Of a DNA stretch of 51,148 bases, positions 26,057-36,100 are shown piece after piece; the first letter of the stretch is position 1, and each line of letters begins with the position of its first letter. Where the stretch lies: the NCBI GenBank assembly GCA_001785965.1, contig MFVF01000030.1, positions 1-51,148 of the forward strand, written 5' to 3'. This DNA is from Candidatus Nomurabacteria bacterium RIFCSPLOWO2_01_FULL_42_20. GTDB taxonomy: Bacteria; Patescibacteriota; Minisyncoccia; Phycocordibacterales; CAZVEC01. Under the pieces are notes generated by a model that did not search any database, was not told the DNA's origin, and saw only the letters and a program-made list of their open reading frames with translations. Made by a program: the position numbers and the translations under genes.

Positions 26057-26911
26057 ATGGAAAATATGGAAAATGAAAATAAAAATAATTGTTGCCAAAA
26101 CGGAGAACAAAAAGAAAATAATGTGAAAAAATCAAATAAAATATGGTGGCTTATTATTGCCGGCTTGATTGTCGTCGGACTCGCGATTCTTCTTAAATAT
26201 TCCACGGGTTCGTCGCAGGTGATCTGGGATATAAGCGATGGGGGAAAGTGGCTTCTGCCGCTTGTCGGAATTACGGCTTTAGTTGACAGCATCAATCCCT
26301 GCGCCTTCTCAATTTTGCTTTTAACCATCGCCTTTCTCCTGTCGATAGGACGAATGAGATCAAGTATTCTGAAAATCGGAGGAATATATATCTTCGGAGT
26401 TTTCACCGCCTATATTCTGATCGGCCTCGGCATTCTGGGAGCGCTTCACATATTCAACACTCCGCATTTCATGGGCAAATTGGGCGCCGGACTTTTAATT
26501 GCTCTCGGCATTATAAGCTTGATCCAAGAAATATTTCCCAATTCTCCGATCAAGCTTAAAATTCCAAAATGGAGCCACGGCTTGCTCGCGCGCGTAATGG
26601 AAAAAGCTTCTATTCCAGCCGCTTTTGTTCTCGGCATTTTAGTCGGCCTCTGCGAATTTCCTTGCACTGGCGGACCGTACTTGATGATTCTCGGACTTCT
26701 TCACGACAATGTCACCTATATTAAAGGCGTCGGCTATTTGTTCATCTACAATCTTATCTTCATCTTGCCGCTCGTCATCATTCTGGCGATTGCCAGCCGA
26801 AAGTACTTGCTTGATAAAGTTGAAGCGTGGCAGAATAAAGAAAAAAGATTGATGCGTCTTGGCGGCGGAATCGCCATGATTATTCTTGGCATAATTATCT
26901 TCTTGTTATAA
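26057..26911 (+). CDS. CcdA/DsbD-like cytochrome c biogenesis membrane protein
   Basis: DSINPCA and EFPCTGGPY motifs, multiple TMs. Confidence 0.82.
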   Translation: MENMENENKNNCCQNGEQKENNVKKSNKIWWLIIAGLIVVGLAILLKYSTGSSQVIWDISDGGKWLLPLVGITALVDSINPCAFSILLLTIAFLLSIGRMRSSILKIGGIYIFGVFTAYILIGLGILGALHIFNTPHFMGKLGAGLLIALGIISLIQEIFPNSPIKLKIPKWSHGLLARVMEKASIPAAFVLGILVGLCEFPCTGGPYLMILGLLHDNVTYIKGVGYLFIYNLIFILPLVIILAIASRKYLLDKVEAWQNKEKRLMRLGGGIAMIILGIIIFLL

Positions 26912-26948
26912 AATAATATTACTATCAGTAGTTAAAATATATAATTAC

Positions 26949-27449
26949 ATGAAAAAAATAATTATCTGGATCTTGGTTGCTATTATCATTGTGGGAGGAT
27001 TTTATTGGCTTTCAAAGATTTCAAAGAAAGAGGAAGGCGTTCGGCCGGGGGAAGCTATTTCAGTTCAGGGCGCTAAACACATTTCCGTTGGAGACTCTCA
27101 TCCGGAATATAATTCCAATCCGCCGACGTCCGGCTGGCATTATGCAGGTCCGGCTGATTGGGGTTTTTATGACGAGGAACTTCCGGACGAACAACTCGTG
27201 CATAGTTTAGAGCACGGCGGTATTTGGATCTCTTATAAAGATATTGATGAAGAAACAAAAGGAAAATTGAAAGAATTGGGCGGTCGTTACCCAAAAAGCG
27301 TTATCACAACGCCGCGGGCGAAAAACGACGCCAAAATTGTCCTGGCGTCATGGGGCCGTTTGCAGAAATTTGATCAATATGACGAGGAAGCCATAAAGAG
27401 CTATATCAAAGCCAATCTAAACAAATCTCCGGAACCGTTGGCCATGTAA
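26949..27449 (+). CDS. DUF3105 family protein
   Basis: YNSNPPTSGWH, VHSLEHG, LASWG. Confidence 0.85.
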   Translation: MKKIIIWILVAIIIVGGFYWLSKISKKEEGVRPGEAISVQGAKHISVGDSHPEYNSNPPTSGWHYAGPADWGFYDEELPDEQLVHSLEHGGIWISYKDIDEETKGKLKELGGRYPKSVITTPRAKNDAKIVLASWGRLQKFDQYDEEAIKSYIKANLNKSPEPLAM

Positions 27450-27459
27450 TCTTACGATT

Positions 27460-27906
27460 ATGATTATTGCCATTGCTTCAATCTTAATAATTACCTTCGC
27501 GGTTTGGTTGGTGAACAAGCTGTTGTCGTTTAAGATTTGCCCGATATGCGCCGGAGTTTTTCTGACTTGGATTTGGTTATTAATTGGCATGAAACTGAAT
27601 TTACTACTAACTACTAACTACCAACTACTAACTGCCATACTCATGGGAGGAACAGTGGTTGGATCAACATTTAAGCTGGAGCAATTCATCAAGCCAAAAT
27701 TTATCTTGATTTGGAAAACGATATTTGTGATCTTGGGATTTTTGGCCGTTTATGGTTTACTTTCTTCGGCCTGGATTGTATTTATTATTGCTTTAGTTTT
27801 GGCCGTTTTGACCACGCTTGTATTCAAGATCAAAAAGGGCAGCGAGAAAAAACCGGAATCAGAACAAACAAGAATACTTGAAGAAAAGATGAAAAATTGT
27901 TGCTAA
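27460..27906 (+). CDS. Hypothetical membrane protein with CPIC and C-terminal CC
   Basis: Hydrophobic ORF; ICPICAG; ends KNCC. Confidence 0.7.
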   Translation: MIIAIASILIITFAVWLVNKLLSFKICPICAGVFLTWIWLLIGMKLNLLLTTNYQLLTAILMGGTVVGSTFKLEQFIKPKFILIWKTIFVILGFLAVYGLLSSAWIVFIIALVLAVLTTLVFKIKKGSEKKPESEQTRILEEKMKNCC

Positions 27907-28072
27907 ATCCCGAGTAAAATCGAGGGGCTGTTAATTTTGAAAATGATATATGAAGACGTATAATAAAGAGTACTTTGATTCGACGTCGACTCGGACATTG
28001 TGAATGTGATTACACATTCACATGCTCCTCGCTCGTCGAAATAAAAACATTATCAATTAATTATCTAACACT

Positions 28073-28459
28073 ATGACCATGAATAATAAACTTATAGAGT
28101 GGATTCTCCGAATTGCCGTCGCCGGCGAATTTGTCGGCCACGGCGTCTTCGCTCTCTCGGGCAAGGCGCAGTGGGTCGGCTGGTTTGCCAATTTCGGCAT
28201 TACCGACGCTATTTTAGCGACAAAACTTTTGTTTTTTGTCGGCTTGCTTGATTTGCTGGTGGCCCTTATTGTTTTACTCCGGCCGATTCGGTTAGTGCTT
28301 CTTTGGGCGGTTCTCTGGGGTTTTTGGACGGCGCTTATTCGCCCGATTGTCGGCGAACCAATTTGGGATTTTGTAGAACGCTGGGCAAACTGGGGCGCGC
28401 CCCTGGCCCTTCTTATCCTTCTTGGCTGGCCGAAAAATTGGCGAGAGTGGTTTAAATAA
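28073..28459 (+). CDS. DoxX-like membrane protein
   Basis: LRIAVAGEFVGHG, ERWANWGAP. Confidence 0.65.
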   Translation: MTMNNKLIEWILRIAVAGEFVGHGVFALSGKAQWVGWFANFGITDAILATKLLFFVGLLDLLVALIVLLRPIRLVLLWAVLWGFWTALIRPIVGEPIWDFVERWANWGAPLALLILLGWPKNWREWFK

Positions 28460-28509
28460 AAATGTTTGATTCGAATTGAAAATTAAAAGGCTGATATTAT
28501 TAAAAAAAT

Positions 28510-29496
28510 ATGGAAACAAAAAATAAAAATTTAATACCGCAAATTCTTATCATCGCCGTTTTTGTGGTTGGTTTAGTTTTAATTTACCGAGTTGCTCCCC
28601 CGCTTCGCCAAGGCTTCGCAGGGCAAGCGCCGCTTAGCCCTATTACGACAGAGGCCGTGGAGAATTCAAGTCTTGATGGCTCGACTATACTCACCATCAA
28701 TCCTGAGCAAGGTCGAAGGATTGAAGAAAAAGTATTTCCGGAAGAAATTGTTTTGCCTGTTCGCTGGGGCGACTTGGGTTATCAGATGGCTCAAGCGGGA
28801 GTAATCGATAAACAGAAATTTGAAGAACTTTATGAGAGTCGGGGCGGACTTTCAGTGGAAGAGAAGAAATTGCTCGAAGGCCTGTCTAACGGCAACTTGG
28901 TCATAACTCAAGAAAACTCCGGATATGTCTTGAATCTGCTCTGGGCCTTCGGCTTGGGCAATAAAAATCCCGTTTTAGAAGAAGGGCCAATGGTGACATA
29001 CGATGGAGGGGAAGCGGGCTTGTCCGCCGAAGCCTTGGCGAAGGCGGGGCGCTTTGCTTCTACAGGCGGATGGACCCTAGCGAAGGGCGGCGCCATGGAC
29101 CACTATTCAAAACATTCATTCGTTGTCCTGACGACGCAGCAGCAGGCCAAAGTGGAGCACATGGCCAAAAATATTTACCGCCCCTGCTGCGGCAACTCGA
29201 CATATTTCCCGGACTGCAATCATGGCATGGCCATGCTCGGCCTTCTGGAACTTTTGGCCGCAAACGGCGTCTCGGAAGGGGAGATGTATAAAATCGCCCT
29301 TCAGGTCAATTCTTACTGGTTCCCACAAACTTATCTGACGCTCGCTAAATATTTTGAAATGAAAGGCGTCTCTTGGGACAAAGTTGATGCCAAAGAAGTC
29401 TTGGGTTTTGATTTTTCCAGCGCCTCCGGCTATCAGAAAATATTGACAGAAATAACTCCGGCCAATGTCTCCGGAGGCGGCAGCTGCGGCGCTTAA
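28510..29496 (+). CDS. Hypothetical exported protein with RPCCGNST..PDCNHG motif and three palindromic insertions
   Basis: N-terminal TM, Cys/His cluster, C-terminal GGGSCGA. Confidence 0.75.
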   Translation: METKNKNLIPQILIIAVFVVGLVLIYRVAPPLRQGFAGQAPLSPITTEAVENSSLDGSTILTINPEQGRRIEEKVFPEEIVLPVRWGDLGYQMAQAGVIDKQKFEELYESRGGLSVEEKKLLEGLSNGNLVITQENSGYVLNLLWAFGLGNKNPVLEEGPMVTYDGGEAGLSAEALAKAGRFASTGGWTLAKGGAMDHYSKHSFVVLTTQQQAKVEHMAKNIYRPCCGNSTYFPDCNHGMAMLGLLELLAANGVSEGEMYKIALQVNSYWFPQTYLTLAKYFEMKGVSWDKVDAKEVLGFDFSSASGYQKILTEITPANVSGGGSCGA

Positions 29497-29561
29497 AGAT
29501 TGCCGTGAATCTAGAAATTTTACATTTCGTAATTCGCGATAAATATGCTAAAATATGAGAC

Positions 29562-30137
29562 ATGAGACAAGTATTTGCTCTGCGAACGCATGAAGAAATC
29601 AAAGAAGTCCTTCTTGACGAGACTGCCGGCGGCCCGGACATTCATTATTATATGATCCGCGGCGGCAGGGAAAAAGGTAATGTCACAGTCTTGGAAAGCG
29701 GTTTGGCTGGCGGGGAATATATAAAAACATACGGGCATTATCATGTCGGTAAAATAGATGAAACATATAAAATCCTTTCCGGCGAAGGGATAATCATCAT
29801 GCAGACAAGGCATCTTGGTAAGAACGGGAAACCCATCGACGATGAAATAGAAACATTCAAAGCCGTAAATGTTAAAACCGGCGACTCGGTCGCCATACCG
29901 GCCGAGGCGGGACATTTGCTTATCAATACGGGGAAAAAGTGGCTGATTACCTTAGACGATAGTCCGGTTAATTTTGATGAGAAAAAGGCCGCCAGCTTTC
30001 CGGGCCACGCCGACTATGAGCCGTTTAAAAAGCTCCGCGGAGCCGCCTATTACATTGTCGAAAAAAACGGCAAGCCCTATTTTATAAAAAATCCGCGGTA
30101 TAAGAGCGCGCCGCCGGCAGAAGAACTTTATGCCTAA
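29562..30137 (+). CDS. Cupin-type (archaeal-type) glucose-6-phosphate isomerase family protein
   Basis: EYIKTYGHYH..ETY, GH..IN, GAAYY. Confidence 0.82.
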   Translation: MRQVFALRTHEEIKEVLLDETAGGPDIHYYMIRGGREKGNVTVLESGLAGGEYIKTYGHYHVGKIDETYKILSGEGIIIMQTRHLGKNGKPIDDEIETFKAVNVKTGDSVAIPAEAGHLLINTGKKWLITLDDSPVNFDEKKAASFPGHADYEPFKKLRGAAYYIVEKNGKPYFIKNPRYKSAPPAEELYA

Positions 30138-30197
30138 AAAAAATGTTTTTCTCAAAAAATATTTTAGAGATTTATAAATTATGTTATTGTAAAAGAA

Positions 30198-33100
30198 ATG
30201 AGTATTTCTAAAACATCTTCAATTGCCGATATTTTAAAGAAAAAAACATCTCTTTCTTCTAATCCCGATATTGCCCTTAAATATTTAAAGAAATTTAAAT
30301 TAAAAGCCCGCAATGTCAGAGCGCTCTATGGCGAGCTGATGGCGCTTTGTTCGGGCCTTCGGCATATCACTCATGAGATTGAATCAATTATTGACAACTT
30401 TTTCGCGGTAGAAGCCGCTATTTTTGAAATAGAAAATCATATTAAAAAAAGCGATTTCAAAAATCTTCCGCTTATTGCCGCCGAAAAAAATAAATATGCC
30501 CCTCGCTTGCACTTCATCCTTTCCGGGCTTCTTAAAGAAAATAGTCAGATTATTGATAGAGAAATATTAGAATCTTTTCTTGTCTCGTACCAAAAGCATA
30601 GCCCGCTTTCAATTAGAGAATTATATGCCATTCCTCTTTTACTCCAAGTCGTTCTTGTTGAACATTTTGGAAAACTTATAGAGCAATCCATAAAATTCCT
30701 TAGAGAATACCGCGAGGCTGATATTACATATCAAAACATAAAAGATCAGGTCAATAAAGCATCATTCAGCGAATTTTCAAAAATTACTTCCGATCTTGGA
30801 TCAAAATACCCGCTTATTCCGCTTTCTTTCGGACTTCATCTCTACCAGAAACTTTCCCAAGAAGGCTCTGTCATGAGGCCGGTTATCAAATGGATAAAGC
30901 TTAATTTAGACAAACAGGGGATTAATCTAAAAAATCTTGGAGAAATAGAAAGCAGATTAAAAAGCGAAGATTTCAATACAATATCGCATATTATCGAATC
31001 GCTTCATTGGATAGCTCAAACTCGCTGGGATGATATTGTGCAGGAAATAAATGTTGTTGATACCATACTTTCAAGAGATCCGGCTGGAATATATTCAAAA
31101 ATGGATATTGAAAGCGCCATGGAGTACCGAAAAGCGATTGTGCGCATTGCTGAAAGAGCGGCTATTCATGAAGCGGAAGTTGCAAAAATTGCCGTAAGAT
31201 TGGCCTCCTCTAATGATGCATCTTTAAGCATGGCTAAAAAGCATGTGGGGTATTATCTTGTGGATAAAGGGATAATTGAACTTGAAAAGAAGATCGGGTA
31301 CCGGCTTTCTTGGAAAGACGTCTTGTATCGCTTTATTGTAAAAAACAATCAGGAATTTTATTTTTCTTCAGCTTTTGGTATTAATATTGTTCTAACTCTC
31401 GGCTTGGGCTTTATTTTTTGGAATTACAATGCTTCACTTTTATCCGCTTCTCTGTTTATGGTTGTTGTTTTTTTATTGAACACTGAAATTACGCTTAATA
31501 TTTTGAATGTTATTATTACTCGTTTCTTGCCGGTAAGAAAGCTTCCGAAGCTTGATCTTTTAAGTGTCGTAAGCGAAAAGCAAAGAACTTTTGTCGTTGT
31601 TCCTTCAATGTTCCACGGTGTTGAAACCGTGCATAATCTTATAAGAAAGCTTGAGGTTTGTTATCTAGGCAATCCTCAGGAAAATATTTTATACGCGCTT
31701 CTGCTTGACTTTAAAGATGCGTCAAGCGAGACGATGCCTGAAGATGACGCCCTTATAAAAGCAACTCAGGAAGGAGTAGATAATCTAAACGCCCGCTATT
31801 CCCAAAATGGCCAAAAATTTTTTATCTTGTACCGAAAACGCATCTGGAATGAAAAAGAGGGCGCTTATATGGGCTGGGAGAGAAAAAGAGGAAAGCTTCG
31901 CGAATTTAATATGCTTCTTAGGGGAGCGCGGGAGACATCATACATGAATGGTGATGTTCTTAGAAATATTGGCCATATTTCTTATGTAATTACTCTAGAT
32001 GAAGACACAGAATTGCCAAAAGACGCCGCCTCTGGGCTTATCGGAACCATTGACCACCCTCTTAATAGGCCCGTGCTTTCTTTATCCGGAGACAGAGTTG
32101 AAAGAGGTTATGGAATTATACAGCCGAGGATAGGCATACGGTTGGCGCTAGCTTCAAAATCAATTTTTTCAAGGCTTTTTTCATCTGTTTCCGGTATTGA
32201 TTCATATTCCAGCGCCGTATCGGATGTCTATTATGATCTTTTTGATAACAGTCTTTTTTTTGGAAAAGGAATATATGATATTGATGCCGTAGAAAAAGTG
32301 ATGGATGGAAAAATTCCAGATAATCTTATTTTATCGCATGATTTGCTCGAGGGACTCTACACTAGAGTAGGTTTTGCCAGCACTATTGTTTTATTTGACG
32401 GTTTTCCAAATTTTTACCACGAATTTATGATTCGCCTGGATCGATGGATCAGGGGCGATTGGCAGATTATTGGCTGGATAAAAAGAAAATATCATCCGAA
32501 GGGAGCCAGAGAGCCAACTCTTCATTTTTCTTTCATTGACAGATGGAAAATTATTGACAACCTGCGCAGAAGCCTCATACCGGTATTTTCAATAATGATC
32601 ATAGCTTATGGAATATTTTCCGCTATGCCGCTAGGGCAGATAAGCATATACGCGGTTTTTGTTTTCGGCGCTCCTTTTTTAGCCGCTCTAGCCAGCGATC
32701 TTTTCTCACTTAAAAAGGTGCCTTTTTCTGTAAGATTTTATGATACATTAAGGCAAATAAAATTGACATTTCTGCATATAATTTTGCGCGCCGCCATCAT
32801 TCTGCACCAGGCAATTGTTTCAATCACGGCGATTTTCAGGGCTATCATTAATTTGATAATAAAGAAAAATCTTCTTAGATGGCATAGTTTCTCCGATGTT
32901 AGCAAAAAATTGAGCGGAAAATTGCTTGGGTATTATCAAACAATGTGGACAACGCAATTTGTATCAATTTTTTTAGCCATCTTAGCCTATTTTTTCGCTC
33001 CGATCAATAATTTTTTGTATTTTTGGCTGATTTTTTGGTTATTGTCTCCCTTAGTCGGGTATTTTATCAGCTTGCCTCGGAATAAAAAGAAAATTCTTAA

Positions 33101-36100
33101 TCCTAAGGATACAAGAATGCTGCGATCCATTGCTTATAGGACATCACATTTTTTTACTGATTTTTCACATAAAGAAAACAATTGGCTGGCCCAAGATAAT
33201 TATCAGGAATATCCTAAAATTATAGGGATTTCACATCCTGCAACTTCTCCAACAAATATAGGAATGCTTTTTACCTCGCTTTTTTCTTCGTATGAATTCG
33301 GATTTATACCTCTTGATCATTATATAGATAAAACCCGCAGGGCTTTCGCGAGCGTTTCAAAACTTGATCGTTTTAAGGGCCATCTTTATAATTGGTATGA
33401 TATTACAAAATTGCAGTCCCTTCACCCGAAATACGTATCAAGCATAGATAGCGCAAATTTTGTCGTGGCTCTCATTACTGTGCGCCAAGGACTCAAATCC
33501 ATTGCCCAAAAACCTCTTGTGAGTAGCAGTGTGATTCGGGGGGTAGAAGATGCGCTTTATGTCTTAGATGAAGAGGTTGAACGCGTGATGAATAGAAATT
33601 CGTTTTCCAAAATTTCCCGAAAAATATTGCGGGCAATACGCCTCAAAGTCAAAGTGGTTTATAAAATGGTCAATACTTTCAATGAGCCTGAAACAATTTC
33701 TGAAGCGTATTTGTTTCTTTCCAAGGTTTACGAACATATAGGCCGCATAGAAAAGTCTATTACCAGCCTTAAAGCGCATACCCATTCAAGCGAACTTAGC
33801 TTTCTGTTTGCATATGGCGAAAGATTGATGAATCTTGTTGAAACTCATCTTAGGTTTATAAGATATATTTTCCCTCACTCCACGCCACTGGATACGGCAA
33901 TACGCTCATATGTTTTCAGGGATATTTATTTGTTTGCGGTGTACAAAGATTTTATAAAGTGTATTCAAAAAATCCCAACTTTTTATGAACTTGCTACTTC
34001 ATATTTAGATCAGGCAGAATCTTTGAATTTCAGAAAAGCAATTATATCTTCACATCTGGCCCCCGATACAAAAAAATATATTTTGTCGTGGTATGACATT
34101 ACAGTAGCTGATATACGTCGCGCCCAATCACGGGCTAGAGAATTTCTTTCTGATATTGAATATTGTGAAAATGAATGCGCTAGATTTATTGATGAGCCGG
34201 ATTTTACGTTCTTTTACAATAAAGAGCGGGGACTTTTTCATATAGGATACAATGCGGCTTTTGGGAAAATTGACAGTGCTACGTATAATTTCTTAGCTTC
34301 AGAATCAAATTCTATTTCATTTGTTTCAATACTCAAAAATCAAATTTCTTCAAAAAACTGGTTTTATTTGGGACGCAAGTTTATACGATCAGGCCAAGGA
34401 ATTGCCCTGGTATCATGGGGCGGTTCGCTTTTTGAATATTTGACTCCTCTTCTTTTCTTCAAAACCCACCCGGAAAGTCTGCTGGGAAAAACAGCTTTGA
34501 CGGCTATCCGCACTCACCAAAGCGATGCTCGAAGAGAGGGCACGCCCTGGGGCATGGGCGAATCCGCCTATTATGCTTTTGACTCCGTGAAGCATTATCA
34601 GTATCAAGTTTTTGGAAGCGCCAAACTTGGTCTGAAGCGCGGCCTTTCTGATCATCATGTAATTGCTCCTTACACCAGTATTTTGGCGCTTTCTGTTGCC
34701 CTGCGCAAAGCAGTCGACAATATTAAAAATTTAATTTCTTTGGGCGCGAAAGGGAATTATGGCTTGTATGATGCCATTGATTATATGGATGAAAGGCGAG
34801 TAAGAATTTCCGAACCCCTGCCAATAAAGATATATTATGCCCACCATCAAGGTTTTGTTATGCTTGGCCTCCACAATATTCTCCTCAAAAATACGATTCA
34901 GGAATATTTTCACAATGATCCCCGAGTTGAAGCGCTCGAAATTCTTCTTGAAGAAAAAATGCCGACAAGCATAGACGCGCGGTTCTTGTCAAAGCCAGTA
35001 AGAATGTCTCTGGCGGTCGCTTCTACAAGCAGAGATACCGGCTTTGAAAGTAAAAGATATATTCCCGCCAAGATCCGCATTCCTCGATATGCTCTTATAT
35101 CAAATGGTTCTTATTCCATAGGAATCAGTAATTCCGGCGCCGGATGGTCTAATTATAAAGGTGTTTCCTTAACCCGGTCGAGACACGACGGTATCATAGA
35201 AGAATATGGCTCATATATTTTCGTTAAGGATGAAAAGACCGGCATGGTCTGGTCTCCAACAATTCATCCGCTCTCGCGAGAGGCCCAAAAGCAAAAAATT
35301 ATTTTTTTTGAGAATAAAGCCGAATTTTTTTCCTCCATGGGCAATATTGCTTCCCGGCTGGAAGTAACAGTCGATCCGCAAAATCCTGTCGAGGTGAGGC
35401 AGTTGACCATGACAAATAATGGAAGTGAAAGAGTTAAGCTCCAAGTAGCGAGTTACGGGGAAGTGTCGCTTGCTCTCAATCTGCAGGATGTCCAGCATCC
35501 AAAATATCATAAGCTTTTGGTGGCATCAGAATTTCTAGAGGAATACGATACTCTTATATATTCGCGCCCTCATCCGGAAGATAGATTGAAAAAAATTTAT
35601 TTTTCCCACACCCTTGTTCAGGGGGTGTTTGAAAAAGCGCCAATATTTCCCTGTGTGGAAAGAGAAAAGTTTATTGGCCAGTATGGGTCATTATCAGAGC
35701 CTATCATTTTTAACTCGAATATAACTGATTCAGGCGTGAAAGAATATTCCCTTGACCCCATATTTTCCTTGCGCCACACTATCGATCTTAAAGCCGGGGA
35801 ATCAGTTCATTTTTCTTTTGTAAATTGCGCGAGTGAGAGCAGGGAAGAACTCATAAGGCTGATTAAGCAATATAAAAAACCAAGGATGCTGGCGAATCTT
35901 TTTGCTCGCGCGGAAAAGGAAAGCGCTATGACGACTAAAAAATTAAACATCACTCAGGAAATGGCCGTCGTTTATCAGGAACTTGCGAGCGTGGTGCTGG
36001 GCGGAAAGATGCAAACTACAGTGTCTCATGCGCCTGAAACGCGCCTTCCTTACATTCATTTTTTATGGCACCATGGAATTTCCGGAAATAATCCTCTTGT

